Source of the DNA: Vezdaea acicularis
Taxonomy: Eukaryota
Length of the DNA: 64,000 nucleotides
Assembly (NCBI GenBank): GCA_026025075.1
Contig: JAPEUI010000020.1
Coordinates: 1 to 64,000, forward strand
Reading direction: 5' to 3'
The position numbers and the translations under genes were made by a program. Under the pieces are notes generated by a model. It saw nothing but the letters and a program-made list of their open reading frames with translations. It did not search any database and was not told the origin of the DNA. Position 1 is the first letter of the stretch. Each line of letters begins with the position of its first letter. Shown in pieces: positions 48,098 to 60,333 of the stretch.

Positions 48098-51000
48098 TTA
48101 GGAATATCGCGCCGAAAACTCGGTGGGGAGTTCATGTCTCTCACCCGAAGCGGCCAGCTCGAATAGCCCCGCGGGCGAACCGGCGTATTGTGGAGCTGAA
48201 TCTTCGGCCGGGAATGGCGGCATACCATACTCCTGTAGCGCGGGCTCACCATAATACCCCTGTAGCCAGGGCTCGTACGGTGCTGGGGGAGGCTTGAGAC
48301 CTAAATTGGAGCCCTCCGACAACCTCTTTGTGTCCGAAGGCTTAAATGGAACCCAGGGAAGCCAGGAGAAGTTCGCAGAGCTTTGGTGACGGCCGGGTTT
48401 CTGCTGCGTTTTTGTGTATGGGTTCTTCGCGGCTTCGTCCTCCTGTAAGGTTGAAGAGATGCCATAAGTTGGGGGTCTGCTGAGGGGCATTGTCTCAGCT
48501 CGCAGCCAGGCACCGCGGCGGCTCAGCTGGCTTGGGGGGCGGTAGCGCTCCCGCGCAGTGCGACCGTTGGAGGCGTCGTTATCGTCGAGGACACGTGGAA
48601 AGCCGCTGATGGAATAAGACGCTCTCTCTTGCGAGGGAGGTTGGGGCGACTCGATGCAGAGGCGAATGTCAATTGGCTTGGAGGGGTCGAGATCGTATAA
48701 TTTTATGCGGAGGTGGAATTTGTTCCAGCTGCGCATTGTTTCGAGGAGCTCGGCGTTGATGATGAACTGGCGGCATGCCGACTGGCGGGAAGCTTCGCCG
48801 ATGATAAAGTGCGGGTTGTAAGACTCGTATATCGGTTGTGATAGATATCTTCCTAAAGCAGAGATTTTACTCGGCGGGAGTCGACACTCGATAAAACCTG
48901 GTTCAATAATCTTAGCTTGTATCGTGTTTAGCGATCAAGGGGCTTACCGATTTGAACATCAGTATCAGACCGTTCGAAGAAGAAACAGCTTGCTATGAGC
49001 CTGTGCGCTACATGTTTGATGATCTTATTATGTCTGAATTGACTCCGTACCTTATACTGTAGAGACTTCATTTGAGCGAGATCATCAAGTCTGGGAGGAT
49101 CCCCATTTAAGCCTATATTCAGCCTAATGAAACGACCACGATCCTCTGGAGAGGGATTAAGAATCCGTAGAAAATCGATCCAAGCTCTTTCAGAATCTAG
49201 ACTATTTGCGATATGATCAATAGCAATCTTGTATTGTATTTTGGCGTAAGATATCCACCCAGATTTTGCAGACGGTCGCTCCGGCGATGGCTCTTGAGCT
49301 CCTACTGAATTATAGCCAGTACCAATAGATAGAAAGACATCCGGATGGCGACACGCTATTTCTGGCCATATCAACTTTCGTTCAGAGTCTGCTATAACGA
49401 CAGGATTATTGTGATAAAGCCCTCCATCTTTATATTCTCGTTCAGAAGCCTTGTGAAAAAAGGGCTGAAAGAATGTCGGAGCTGCTGAGGTTGCTCGAGC
49501 GCTTCACGCAAATCAGCAAAGATGAATACTACGTCCACAATATATCATATGCTTCTGCTTGACTTACGCTTCCCATATCTCTAGCTCTGTCTCTTTTTTC
49601 TCCGGCCGCTGGAAATGGTAAGGTCCTACGAAAATAACGTTAATAGCACAATACGGATGTTGAGGAACAACTTTACCTTTCCCCCCATCCACTCTATTGT
49701 AGTTCGACAACACGGCCGCCTGCCCGTCTGAGAAAGTTGATACAACTGCAACTTTTCTCTGGGAAGTATGTGATGCAATGGAGCCCCCAAAAAGATACTC
49801 CTGTCTGTTGTAAAGCTCACAATATGCCTCTTTGAGTGCGCCCTCAAGAGATGTTGTTTCGTAAAGACTATGCATAAACGCGTGAATGATCGGCCCAAGA
49901 GCAGGGAGTGATGTTCCCAGCCGTGGCTGGAACGCTTTCGTGCAAAGATTGTAGAACTTCTTCTCGCATTCGTCTATATCCCAATCTTTTGCGGCGAGAC
50001 CAAGAGCGAGAAGACCTCCAGTGCTATTGCGGAGCCTGTTAGTAAATTTCAATCAGAACGCCAAGCTTTAAGACACACCTTGTTCCTACAATGAGGTCAA
50101 AGAACAATCGAATTGGTATTTCCGGTAGTTGCTGCTGTAGTAAGGATAGGAACTCAAGTTCGACTACTCCCCGGACGCCGCCGCTTTAGGGCAATTAGTT
50201 TAAGGAATTATGATAATACTACTAGGATGTTGAGGAAAGGCCTGCACATACCCATCCAAAGTAAGAATCCGAACTCCTGCGGAAGGAGGTTTGATGGAGA
50301 TCGTATAAGTCGGATCCCATTCTGATACTTCGTGCTCCAACGGGCAAGCTGCAATTTCGACAATCGTTTTGCTGACAGGCCGTCCAAAATTCTTGACGCA
50401 AGCAGTGCAAAGTATGTGACCACAAGGTAACGAATGCTCAGGTGATCCCATGAGACAGCATAGGCAGCTTGAGTGACTTATATAGAATCTTGCTCCTAGA
50501 AAGCGCTTGTAAAACATCAACAGAGTACTCTTTTGATGGATACGTGCTGCAGCCTGATCCTGGCAGTCCTCATTGTTTTGCTCGACGTGTAGTAGATTTA
50601 ATTTATGCTCAAGAATACAGTAAACGTTGCGTATCCATGTGTGACGATATTGATCAGCAGTAAAGGTAGAAGTGTATTCTCCTGCGTAAATTTGGCCGTT
50701 TCGAAATTGATGGCCTTTGCTGCTGTGCCCGTTTTTAGTGTTTATACAACGCCCTAGAGCCCTACGCCCAACGAATTCACAAGGCCAAACTTTTTCGCAG
50801 AAATCTTCCAATGCGTCGCAAATTGAGTTGTAATACTTATCAAAAGTACCGCCTGCGATACCCAATGTCTTATGCCTTGCTGATTCCAGCATAATGCATG
50901 ATGCGACCATATAGGCAAGTCCATCAAAGAGCATTTCTGCTGACAGAGGGAAACCTTCCTTTGCACAAACCTCCAACGTCTTCATGGCAAGCTTAAGAAT

Positions 51001-52883
51001 GTCACCGCCGAAATCTTGAGGAATAGGACTATTCACAAAAGACGCTTCGACAAAGTCAAAGGGGATGTCTAGCGTTTGAGTGAAATGATCGAAGGCATAT
51101 TGAATATAAGGCTGAAGGTCATGTGAGTTCAATAACATTCGAAGGCGCCGCTTGCTGTACCGCGACTTCTCACAGGAGGCTTGGATCTCTTGATATAGAC
51201 TCTTGACTTGATTGCTAATAAGAGTTGGCCTTCCATTTTCAGGGATGCACACCACTCGAATACTGGAGTAGTAAGAAAGTAGTAAGTCCTTTAGAGAGCC
51301 TATAGTTTTGCCTCGACCTCTCCAGAATTGTTCATACTCTTGGAGTTTTACGCTCTCTCGGATCCCGTTTTGAACCTCTGACATTAGCCAATCAGTAGAT
51401 TTATTAATGTCCCAACGAGTTGCATCAATCGAGTTTTCGGATCGGTTCAGCGCAAGGATTGCATGAGGTAGCGATGGCTGGTTGGTTGTTTTCTCGAGCG
51501 ACAAGGCAGCCCAGTCGATCAACCGCTCAACTGCCTTCAGAGTAATCCTGATGCACAAGATCAGTAATAAGTAAACGTGTATCAAGGATAGAAACGTCCG
51601 CGTGCACCTCGTATGCAGCATTTCAACTGTCAGCCGTCCGAGGTACACAGAGCTTCTCTATGTCGGCGTCGTTCACTCAGGGTACGACCTACTTTGGATT
51701 CTTCAACACGAAAACAACTACGTCAGAGAAGGTATAAAAAAACCTCGGATAGAGATTTGTGACCGCATATTCCCGAGAACGTCTTTCCGGCGTATCAGCC
51801 CAGGCTAGGGGCCGATCTGGAGATTTTTGTGTATGTTGAACATAGGTTGTCTGACCGCGAGGACCATTCTGGTGCCGGTCTCCAAAAAGTGAGCGCGAAG
51901 AGGTTCGTGCTTGAGCGGCTTTTGGTAGAGTATTGCTACCCTCTAAGCCTTCACAATCAGCGTATAAAAGAGGATTGTCTTCGGAAAGACTGTGAGGGTC
52001 TGGGTAGAGATGAACATCGCCAGACGTTGGTATGACCCCATGATTAACCCACCCAACTACTGGAGTCTCGACCTGATTTGAGCCTTGGTTTTGGAGCTAG
52101 TAGATCCTATTAGAGCCTCCATTGTATAGGATGAGCATAAGACCTTAACCTTAGGATACCACTTACCTCGATGAGCATCTTGATTAGGGTACTTTTACCA
52201 GCTCCTAGGGAAGTTCTCAACAATGCACGACAAGAGTAAGGAGACAAAACGCACCTGTCTGGCCTACGAAAGCTGCTAGGCCAGGGTATCGATTTCTCCT
52301 TTGCCGGCGTGATCCTTGTTGCATAAGAGAGGCAAATCTATCGTAATCTCGAAAATAAGGGTCATCTTTCTCGTCATTAATAAGCCCAAACCATGTCGTG
52401 CTCTCATCTTCTTTATGAAGCGCTTCTTGGATTTCATCTGATGTCTTTGGCTCTAACGTTGCTCTGATCTTTTCGGCAACGCGGTAATTCGTTTTTTCGT
52501 GCGGTATCTCTCTTGGGTTTTCATCAGCCGCCATCAAGCCAGAGGGAAAGAAGAGTTTACCCTGGAGCGGTTTTATTTTTTCTGTGAGTGAATTGCGTAT
52601 CCCAACAGCGATCGCAGAATGATGCGCAACAGACATTGCAATAAGATGCGTTTGGTGACTGGTCTATTTCGCATAGCGAGCCAACCTCAGGCGAAATTTG
52701 TTTCTTTGGAACAGGCCAACGGCTGATGTTTCGAGGACGGGAGGGAAAGTTTCGGCTTAGCGTTGGGACAGTCGCGGAGGCTGGGCTTAAACTGAAAGTA
52801 GAACCGTTACGACTTGAATCAAGCCCAACATTTGATATCGTGTCTTCCGATGATACAACTGGTGACTCGGACATCCCGCACAT
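48098..52883 (-). CDS. Multi-domain B-box / P-loop GTPase-like / RING-like / patatin phospholipase protein
   Basis: Manual splicing gives the B-box CEID..YCNVCCASFCDRCWDTQFTH, Walker A FVGQT|GAGKSTLIK, PTSGDVHLY, LYADCEGLEG, LYPRFFYTFSDVVVFV, the RING-like CLCC..PEHSLPCGHILCTAC, and patatin LTLDG|GGVRG, FDLIVGT|STGG, ARATSAAPTFF, KDGGLYHNNP. About 9 introns, all GT..AG. True start uncertain. Confidence 0.88.
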
Positions 52884-52918
52884 CGCTTGTGCTTCTTCTC
52901 GCGTCAAGGAACTGGCAG

Positions 52919-52950
52919 ATTGTTGGTATTGTTGGTATTGTTGGTATTGT
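52919..52950 (-). repeat. 9-bp tandem repeat (CAATACCAA)x~3.5, reading QYQQYQQYQQ in the patatin-gene frame
   Basis: Plus strand reads attgttggtattgttggtattgttggtattgt. Confidence 0.85.
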
Positions 52951-53639
52951 ATGGATGTCGAAGGGCTTTTGGAAGAAGCTGAACTAGACCGTCCAGAACT
53001 GTTATGGTATAGAGAATCCCATTCTTCTGCTGCTTCGGACGCAGATTCATCACTGTCATTATCATTAGTCTACTCGATAGCTTTTGCCGTACGCCAGACA
53101 CAAACTGTTGGTGCTGAATGTAGCTATCCTCATCTGTGACTAGGATATCTGGCATCCCATAACGCCTTGGTGAGTCCTCGCGCGTCGTTTCAGGAGACAT
53201 GTAGAGACCTTTGAGATTGTAGCTGCTTTCTATGAAGTATTCAGCTTCTTTCTGTAACATTTGACCTTCACAATGGTAATACACCGTTGATATACCTTTA
53301 CTGATAGCTACTGGGTGTCGTCAATGAGCACTGGCAAGGTGCAAAGAGAAGGTATTGATACAGAATGGTAAATTCCGACCACACGTAGCCTCAATTGAAG
53401 AGTAAGAGTCAAATAGTTTACGTTCCTCGTAAAGTAACTTGTTCCTCGCAGAAAAGTGATAATATGATATTTCGAACAAACGCTCCGTTGTTGCCCGAGA
53501 CTCAACGAGACCAGCAGAAGTTGTGAAGAGGTAGTGGAAACGATTCAACTGAAGACGCGTTCTTTGCATCGTACTTATCTGTGTCATTGGTCTCAGCCTT
53601 GTTGCTCCCCACCTTATGGAGGATCCCTGTGCCATTGAG

Positions 53640-54460
53640 CATATGCTGGGGTTTAGGAGTGCGATGATTGGCTCGTGGCCTCCTTCAATCGCTGGTAAAT
53701 GCAAGCCAACCCCTTTCGATAACGGATTCGAGGATCCAATTAAACCGAGTAGCTCATTTTATGACATGGAATTCAAACATCTCAAAATTGTGATTTGGCA
53801 GATTCTAAGGAAAGAGGGAACGCGAGTGGCTGGGATGGGTCAACTCGATGCCGAGTCTACCAAAAAGATCGGGCTGTCAGTACATGCAGATCTCCCCTCT
53901 ACCTGCAGCAGAGCTTCCATTTTGACCATGGCTTGCCATATGTGGGATAAATTTTGTATTTGGCAAGCCAAAACATCTCGAATTTGCGGGGAGAGCCACA
54001 AGCTTGATGCCGAGGCCCACGCCTAGAGCGTTTTTGTCGGATTTGCCTAGTCTGCTTCTGGACGAGGCCTCTCCACTGAATGAAGAAGTCGAAGTTTGTT
54101 GCGGAGATGTCGTGAGTTGTTGGATATCGAGAAAGCATCTCTGTCGTCAATAGAGTGGTTTGACCGCTAGTAGGGACTACAGCAATGACAAGGCTTACAG
54201 CTCCTCCCGCGGTTCCAGCTGCCGTAATCACAGCCGCCGCAGCCAAACTAGGCGGCGTCGCGCCATTCACTGCGCAGTAGCTGCTGTAGATGGAGATACC
54301 ATTACAAACTTCCACTGAATCACTGGAACATTGTGTATTCATATAGCTGGTAAGGTAATAAGATGCTAGTGGGAAAAGATTGGTAACTTACGGTAGGAGC
54401 AGCCGTTAATCTAGACGTTCGTGTGGCATTGCAATTGACAGCATAACCGAGGTTTCATCC
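53640..54460 (-). pseudogene. Decayed Cys-rich ectodomain / Thr-rich stalk / single TM / ankyrin receptor-like gene
   Basis: Fragments in shifting frames: NLGYAVNC..., NGCSYR, SYYLTSYMNTQCSSDSVEVCNGISIYSSYC, stalk, LGKSDKNALGVGLGI (typical fungal juxtamembrane/TM motif, ~54005-54050), DPRIRYRKG / LHLPAIEGGHEPIIALL (ankyrin-like, ~53655-53740). No continuous ORF. Confidence 0.6.
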
Positions 54461-54892
54461 ACGCTGCTGGCCAATAAATGCCTCTTTTCCATTTATGTTG
54501 ATTTATAGCCTTGGGTGAAGCTGCAGAGATAGTATCTTGAAAGGGAAAAACCAAGCTTCATATTTCGAGTCGAAATTGCTATGGTCCTACAGTATCTTAG
54601 GGCTTATTATCGGGAAGACTGAAGATATTGAAAATCCAATAGGATTGGGTTCGATATCAAGGCTCTGCACTCCCTGCACGCCTTCATAGTCCCAGCCTCG
54701 TATTATATTATGTTTTCCCTGGCAGCCTTGCGCAGGGTAAGAGTAGCAGTTGACGCTTTTGTGCATCCGAGTAATTCGCCCATATCGAGCGCCAACACGA
54801 GGTACCCATAGAAACATGATGCACGAATGATTGGGTATCCACTCTTATAGACAATTATTGAAATGCCCGGCTCTGACCCTTTTAATCTCTGG

Positions 54893-55549
54893 CTACCGTT
54901 TATCTAATGGGGACGATAGACGTGCTAAACGGCCAATGTCTCCAAGTCCCTGAAAGACCGTAGCTCTGCTCTTCCTCGTCCTCGGCCTCGGACCCCTCGC
55001 CGTATCCAAATCCCCTCCATCCCAAACCTCCACCCTATTCCCCCGCGCACGTTCGCCGGTCCCATGCCTGAAGCCCGGCAGGCCATACACCTCATTGCGA
55101 TTGAGGACATAATCAGCTCTCGGCACCCGGTAGGGCGGTTCGTCGTCATCCAGCGGATCGACATACACGTCTTCAATGCAGTAGCAGAAGCTCAGACACC
55201 AGTAGATCATCGGACTGTGCCGCAGCACCCAGCTCCCGGGGAAGCGCGCGCAGTCCACGGCTTTGGAGAGGCCGGGCCGCGCGCAGGTGCAGCCCATGTT
55301 AGGTACGATGGGGCTGTATAGAGAGCAGACGAATGGAAGGGAGGGATAGGCAGCGGGAGAGATGTTCCAGAGCGTGTTCAGGTGGGCGGGGGGCCAGTTG
55401 GCCGCGTCGCTCCAGCTGCGCAGCTGCATGGGTTGGAGATCGCAGATGATCTCATTGCTGAGCCCTTCTGGGTGGTTTATGATGTCGCCCGTCGTGGCGG
55501 TAACAACTCGGAGAAGCAGAAAGAGAAGGTGGTGCGGTTGGATCACCAT
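54893..55549 (-). CDS. Secreted Cys-rich (8 Cys) effector-like protein
   Basis: ATG 55549, hydrophobic LLFLLLRVVTA, Cys pattern C...C...NMGCTC...C...WCLSFCYC, charged tail. High-GC coding-like composition. Confidence 0.7.
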   Translation of the reverse strand: MVIQPHHLLFLLLRVVTATTGDIINHPEGLSNEIICDLQPMQLRSWSDAANWPPAHLNTLWNISPAAYPSLPFVCSLYSPIVPNMGCTCARPGLSKAVDCARFPGSWVLRHSPMIYWCLSFCYCIEDVYVDPLDDDEPPYRVPRADYVLNRNEVYGLPGFRHGTGERARGNRVEVWDGGDLDTARGPRPRTRKSRATVFQGLGDIGRLARLSSPLDKR

Positions 55550-56293
55550 TATGAGGGATTTCCGTGGAGGTGGAGGATACACCTCACGGGCACGCTGGAA
55601 AGGTGAGATTCTCGAAAGAACCTGCAATGAGACAACGCGTGTAGCAAGGCGTCAATATATACTGCAAACATGATCGAAGTGATTCAACCCCGCCCCTGGT
55701 TGAGGCGTGATATAAATCCTCAGGAGAGTGGGACGCGCCGCGGTAATCTCGACGGAGCATAGCGCTCGTTCCTTCCATCACAGCTCACGTTGGTCCAAGG
55801 TTCGAGTATACTTAGACAGCTTGATGGCTGGGAGGGGGAGGGAGCGTGCTTCGGAATTTTTTGGGAACGTGGGGTCTGATGGATCGCCTCGCTTTGATGG
55901 ACGTCTCGTTTGATAGCGGGACGTCCGACGAACGGCTCCATCGTGCGCGGGCGAAAAGTCGCACGGACCGCTATGCGAATACCCTCGCAATCTACCCACC
56001 TAGTTCGAAACATGGCCCCATATCTTTCCCCGTTCCAATCTGAGACAGGTTCACACCCGTGCAACTCCGAGTGTTCTAGATTGTATTGCCATAAGACAGT
56101 AAATATAAACTAATATTAGACGGCCGATGCTCCTCTTGAACAACATCAACAAGCCGCTGACAGCCCGCTAGCTATCGCCTTCGAAAGAGGAGAAAACATT
56201 ACTATTTCCAGCCGTTCAGCTAATATAACGCCATAATGCATGTGCGGCGACTTTACGCACCACCTTTTGTCATTCATTGATGCTGTGTTTCCC

Positions 56294-57769
56294 CTAGATC
56301 TTTACCATGACCGAGAACCCTTTTTGGACAACCCTAGCAGCTACAAAGAAGGTACTTCCCGCCAGCATTACAACTGCTGCAAATATTTGCATGTCTTTGA
56401 AATCACCATGAGCTCTCGTTAGTAGTGCGCCTCCAATTGGACTACCAGTAAGCGCGGAGATGGATAGAATGGCAAATAGCGTCCCATTCCTCACACCTAT
56501 CTGACGAATATCAGATATCTGTGCTATCAAGGCTGGAGCCATGGAGACGAAAGCACCACTTCCGAAGCCGAACAGAGCAGCAAATATGATGAAGGGGACG
56601 TTGCCTCTCGCGGGAAGCCAGAGCGCGATGATCAAGATTGCGCTGAAGTAGGTCGTTATAATCATAACGTTGAATCGACCAATCCTGTCTCCAATAAATC
56701 CTGGAATAACCCGCCCAAAGATACTTGTCGCATTTAGGATAGGAATGAGATATCCTGCAAGACCAGTTGACATTTTGTTTGCCTCGGCGGATAGGATGAT
56801 GAAAGTGAACGGTATGAACATCCCGAAGAAGAAGAGGAAAGAACCGAACACCACCATCAAGAAGGGTATCTCTCTGAGGGGATAGATGAATTCCATAAAT
56901 ATCAGAGGCTTTGGCTGAGGGGTGAGTCGGGATTTGAGCGTAAGGTTTGCGACCACGAGCAGTCCAAGAATCATAAATGCTAAGGCGCGCATAGTCCATC
57001 CAAATCCGATGCGACCTATGAGCCGCTCGACCATAATAGGAAATATCACGCCGCCAAGAGAGGAGCCTGAAGCCATAACGCCGTAGGCCAGCGCCCGATT
57101 CCTGAAGAACCAAGTACCAACGGAGGACATAGCAGCGTAGAAAATGGCGCTCGCACCCATGGGGCTGCAAATACCTTGGGCGAGGACGAATTGATAGTAT
57201 TTGGTTGCGAGGGATGTCATCATAAGGCCGAAGACGTGGAAGAAGGTCCCGAACAGAAGAATACCACGGGGTCCATAATTATCGAACAACTTTCCAAATA
57301 TTGGACCCCCAATGAACATCATGAATGTTTCTAAGGAAGGAATCCAGGCGATCGTGCTTGAGGAGTATTGCTTCAGAGGGCCAGTCTCATAATATGCTTG
57401 AAAGACACCAATGCCTTTCAAAATTAATTAGCGACTCAGTCGTGTAACATGCGGATGTATACGCTTACAATTAATCCACCCAAATGAAACAAAAAGACAA
57501 CAGAAACCGCCGAGAACCACCAGCCAAGCCTCGAGCCCTCCATCAGGAAACGAAGCGGGGTCTGTCGGTGAAAGCTTCTTGACCGTGTCCTTCTCATCGA
57601 ACTCAGCGCGCGCTTCTGGCTCCTCTGAAGTCTCGTTCATGATGTTGGCATCCGTCCTTGACGAGATGGGCTCCATAGGAGATAGCCGCCCGCTCTCCAT
57701 ATCTTTCTCCTTTGCGGTTGCAGGATCCATCGTGGAGACCGAAGAACCTGAGGGTTCGATTGGAGCCAT
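56294..57769 (-). CDS. MFS monocarboxylate-porter family transporter (Mch4/Mch5-like)
   Basis: [51 protein letters not shown], 12-TM pattern. One intron ~57416-57467. Confidence 0.93.
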
Positions 57770-58882
57770 TGGAGGGTACGATCTTGTCGAGAACCGCAGC
57801 TGTAAGGTGAAATTGAATGAAGAACTATCAGTCTGGGTGCTCCGTAGCTTTATATGTGGCTGAGATCTACCGATAGAAGCTCTTAGTGCTTAGGGTCCCC
57901 TCAGAATGAATAAAGTCCACCTCTTGCGGCTAGTATCTCCTGCTTGGCGTAACGTAAGGGCGAATGGGATAGGCCATTGATACAAACTTATCCAAAATTG
58001 GTAGAAGGATTTATAACATGGCAGGAAGTACACAATTGCGGAGAAGCCCAATGATTCGCAGAGGGAGACAAGGGGTGCGCTTAGCTGGTTGATCTGGACG
58101 GAGGTAAGCCGCGTTCGGTGTCCGATTTGCCGAAGACCGAATGACGTGAGTTGCTGCTCGCTTTGGTCAGGCGAACCTCCACAACGGGGTCATGTTGCGA
58201 GACGGCTCTTCTGATGTTGGAAGTAGGGCAGAACGAATAAGCTGGCTCCTTTTTCCTTGTGTGTGGGGGAGTTCATAATGTACACGTGCCTTTTTATGCA
58301 CGAAGCGATTGTTTACACGGCAAGAAGCTTACTCCTATCGCAAGCTGACAGTCAATGGGCGTGACCTCCATCCGTTGGGTGCCGTGCTTTCTGTATAAGA
58401 TCGTCCTGGATGGACTCATCTTACGAGTACCTCTAAACCAGTTGATATCATGTTATCAGTCTGCCGCGTGGTAGTGAGCTCTATCGCGACTTTGCCTCTG
58501 CTCTCAAGGGGACGTGTTTCGTTCTCTACAGTACGATTCCCTTTCTACTGACTTGGCTATTGCCCCTATCATATTGAAACTTCCTTATCCTGCGGCCGGC
58601 TAGTGATAGTAATGAGCGACCTTGTATGACGTGGGTGTTCTCCAGTCACACGAGTGATCTTTCATCGCATGGAGAGACGGAAAATGTTTCCAGAGTTGCT
58701 CATTTCATTAGGATAGGTTTCTTGTATGAGACATCTTTCGTTGAACGGGCAACCTCTCATGACAACCAGGAGGCTTCCTATCAAATCACAAAGCATATTT
58801 CGACAATAACAACTGAAGAGAGTTTAAATGTTTTTCCCTTTTTCCTTTACAGTATTGTACACATTATTCATGCACGACCTCC

Positions 58883-60333
58883 TTACGTCTTTGCAAGATC
58901 CTTGAAATTTCCCGTCTCTTCCAGCTTGACTTTCCCGTCTCGCTCAATGCTGACATAGTTGAGGCGTAATGGCACATTCGGGACAGATTTTGAAAGTGAT
59001 TTTGGTGGAGAATCTGACACGGGTTTTTGTGTAAGGTTAACAACAGACTGTACTGCACCAGGCTCTGCATCCGAAATCTCATCTACATCCCTTGTAGTGA
59101 GGACATCGCTTATCCGATGTGCTCGCGTTTGCATTAGAAGAGTTGTTGGGCCGTGGAATCTCAAGAAAAGCTGCTGAAATGAGCATATTTACTAGCTCAT
59201 GGAAGTGCTAAGAACTCACTCGGTCGCCCCAGATTGTCCGTCTCGACCAAGTCTTCAGAGCATGCCACAGCCACACCAACCTTTTCCATGTGTCAGAGTC
59301 CCGAAGAGCAATAATGAACTTTGTTTCCGGGACTAATTTGCCAAGTCCGAGGCTTGGCACCTGCATCCGGAGGATAGACGTTTTGAGTCGGTAAGGTAAC
59401 GGAGGATTAGGGGTAACCGTGTATGCAACGACATTACTTAGGAGCAAACTGTTAACACCGCCGGCTCTTACAACATCGAGCTGTTTTTCTTACCTTGGGT
59501 GGACAACATAGGTCTCCCCGGCCTTTAAGATAACCTGGTAGACCTGCCCTTTCCCAGCCAAAGCTACTAAACCGCGCCCGCTTATAAGAGAGTCCCCCCA
59601 ATGCGCTAGGCTCTGAACATATTAGCCTAGAATCCATCCACGTTGGTCGATGAAGTGCCCTACCATTGCTCTATTGACCGTAGGGCGAACCGAGAGCGTA
59701 TGGCCTGTCCATGCCAGTAGCGCCTTTTTCGATGTTACCATCCAATCCGTCGTACCGTCAAGATGTGTAACAACGAAGGAGGTGATGGGTGATTTCGTGG
59801 ATATTAGAGCAGTGATTGGAGTCGCAGAAGTTATCTACAAACTCAATCGTCAGTTATCCTTATTAGACTGGTATCAAATGAACAAACCTTTTGATACAAG
59901 AATGGAATCCCGAGCAAGCTTCGACGAAAAGGTTCAAATACGGATAATGTTGATGTAACATTCTCTGACACTCCACTAAGTCCAACGAGGGTGCCGCGGC
60001 GGGTATAAAGATTTTGAGATGCGCTCAAAGAAACAGAAAGCAGCGAGAACGGAGCGCCGAGGACCTCAAATCGAGCATCTGTATCTCGTTAGACACGTGT
60101 AAGCTTTAAGAGGTCATGAAATTACCTGGTGAGCCTGCGCCATAGCTGGGTTGCGCTTCTAAGGGAAAGTTGTCGGCATCAACCCGGGATCCTGGTGTTG
60201 CACTGATTTGGATGAATCTTCTACCAATTGCTGCAGGACAAGTTGAGGATAGCCCAATTGAATCATAGGCGAGTCTTGGGGTTAGTTTGAGACACGCTTG
60301 AAGCGGCCGTTGGGTCCGAATGATTTTCGTCAT
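58883..60333 (-). CDS. AIM24: Altered inheritance of mitochondria protein 24
   Basis: Basic mitochondrial presequence. Spliced [43 protein letters not shown]...[37 protein letters not shown]. About 5 introns. Confidence 0.88.

Noticed and set aside
51550..52260. Apparent ORF gap suggesting the patatin gene is a pseudogene
   Set aside because: Manual translation shows stop-free exons with canonical introns and intact motifs; the gap only reflects exons lacking a start codon.
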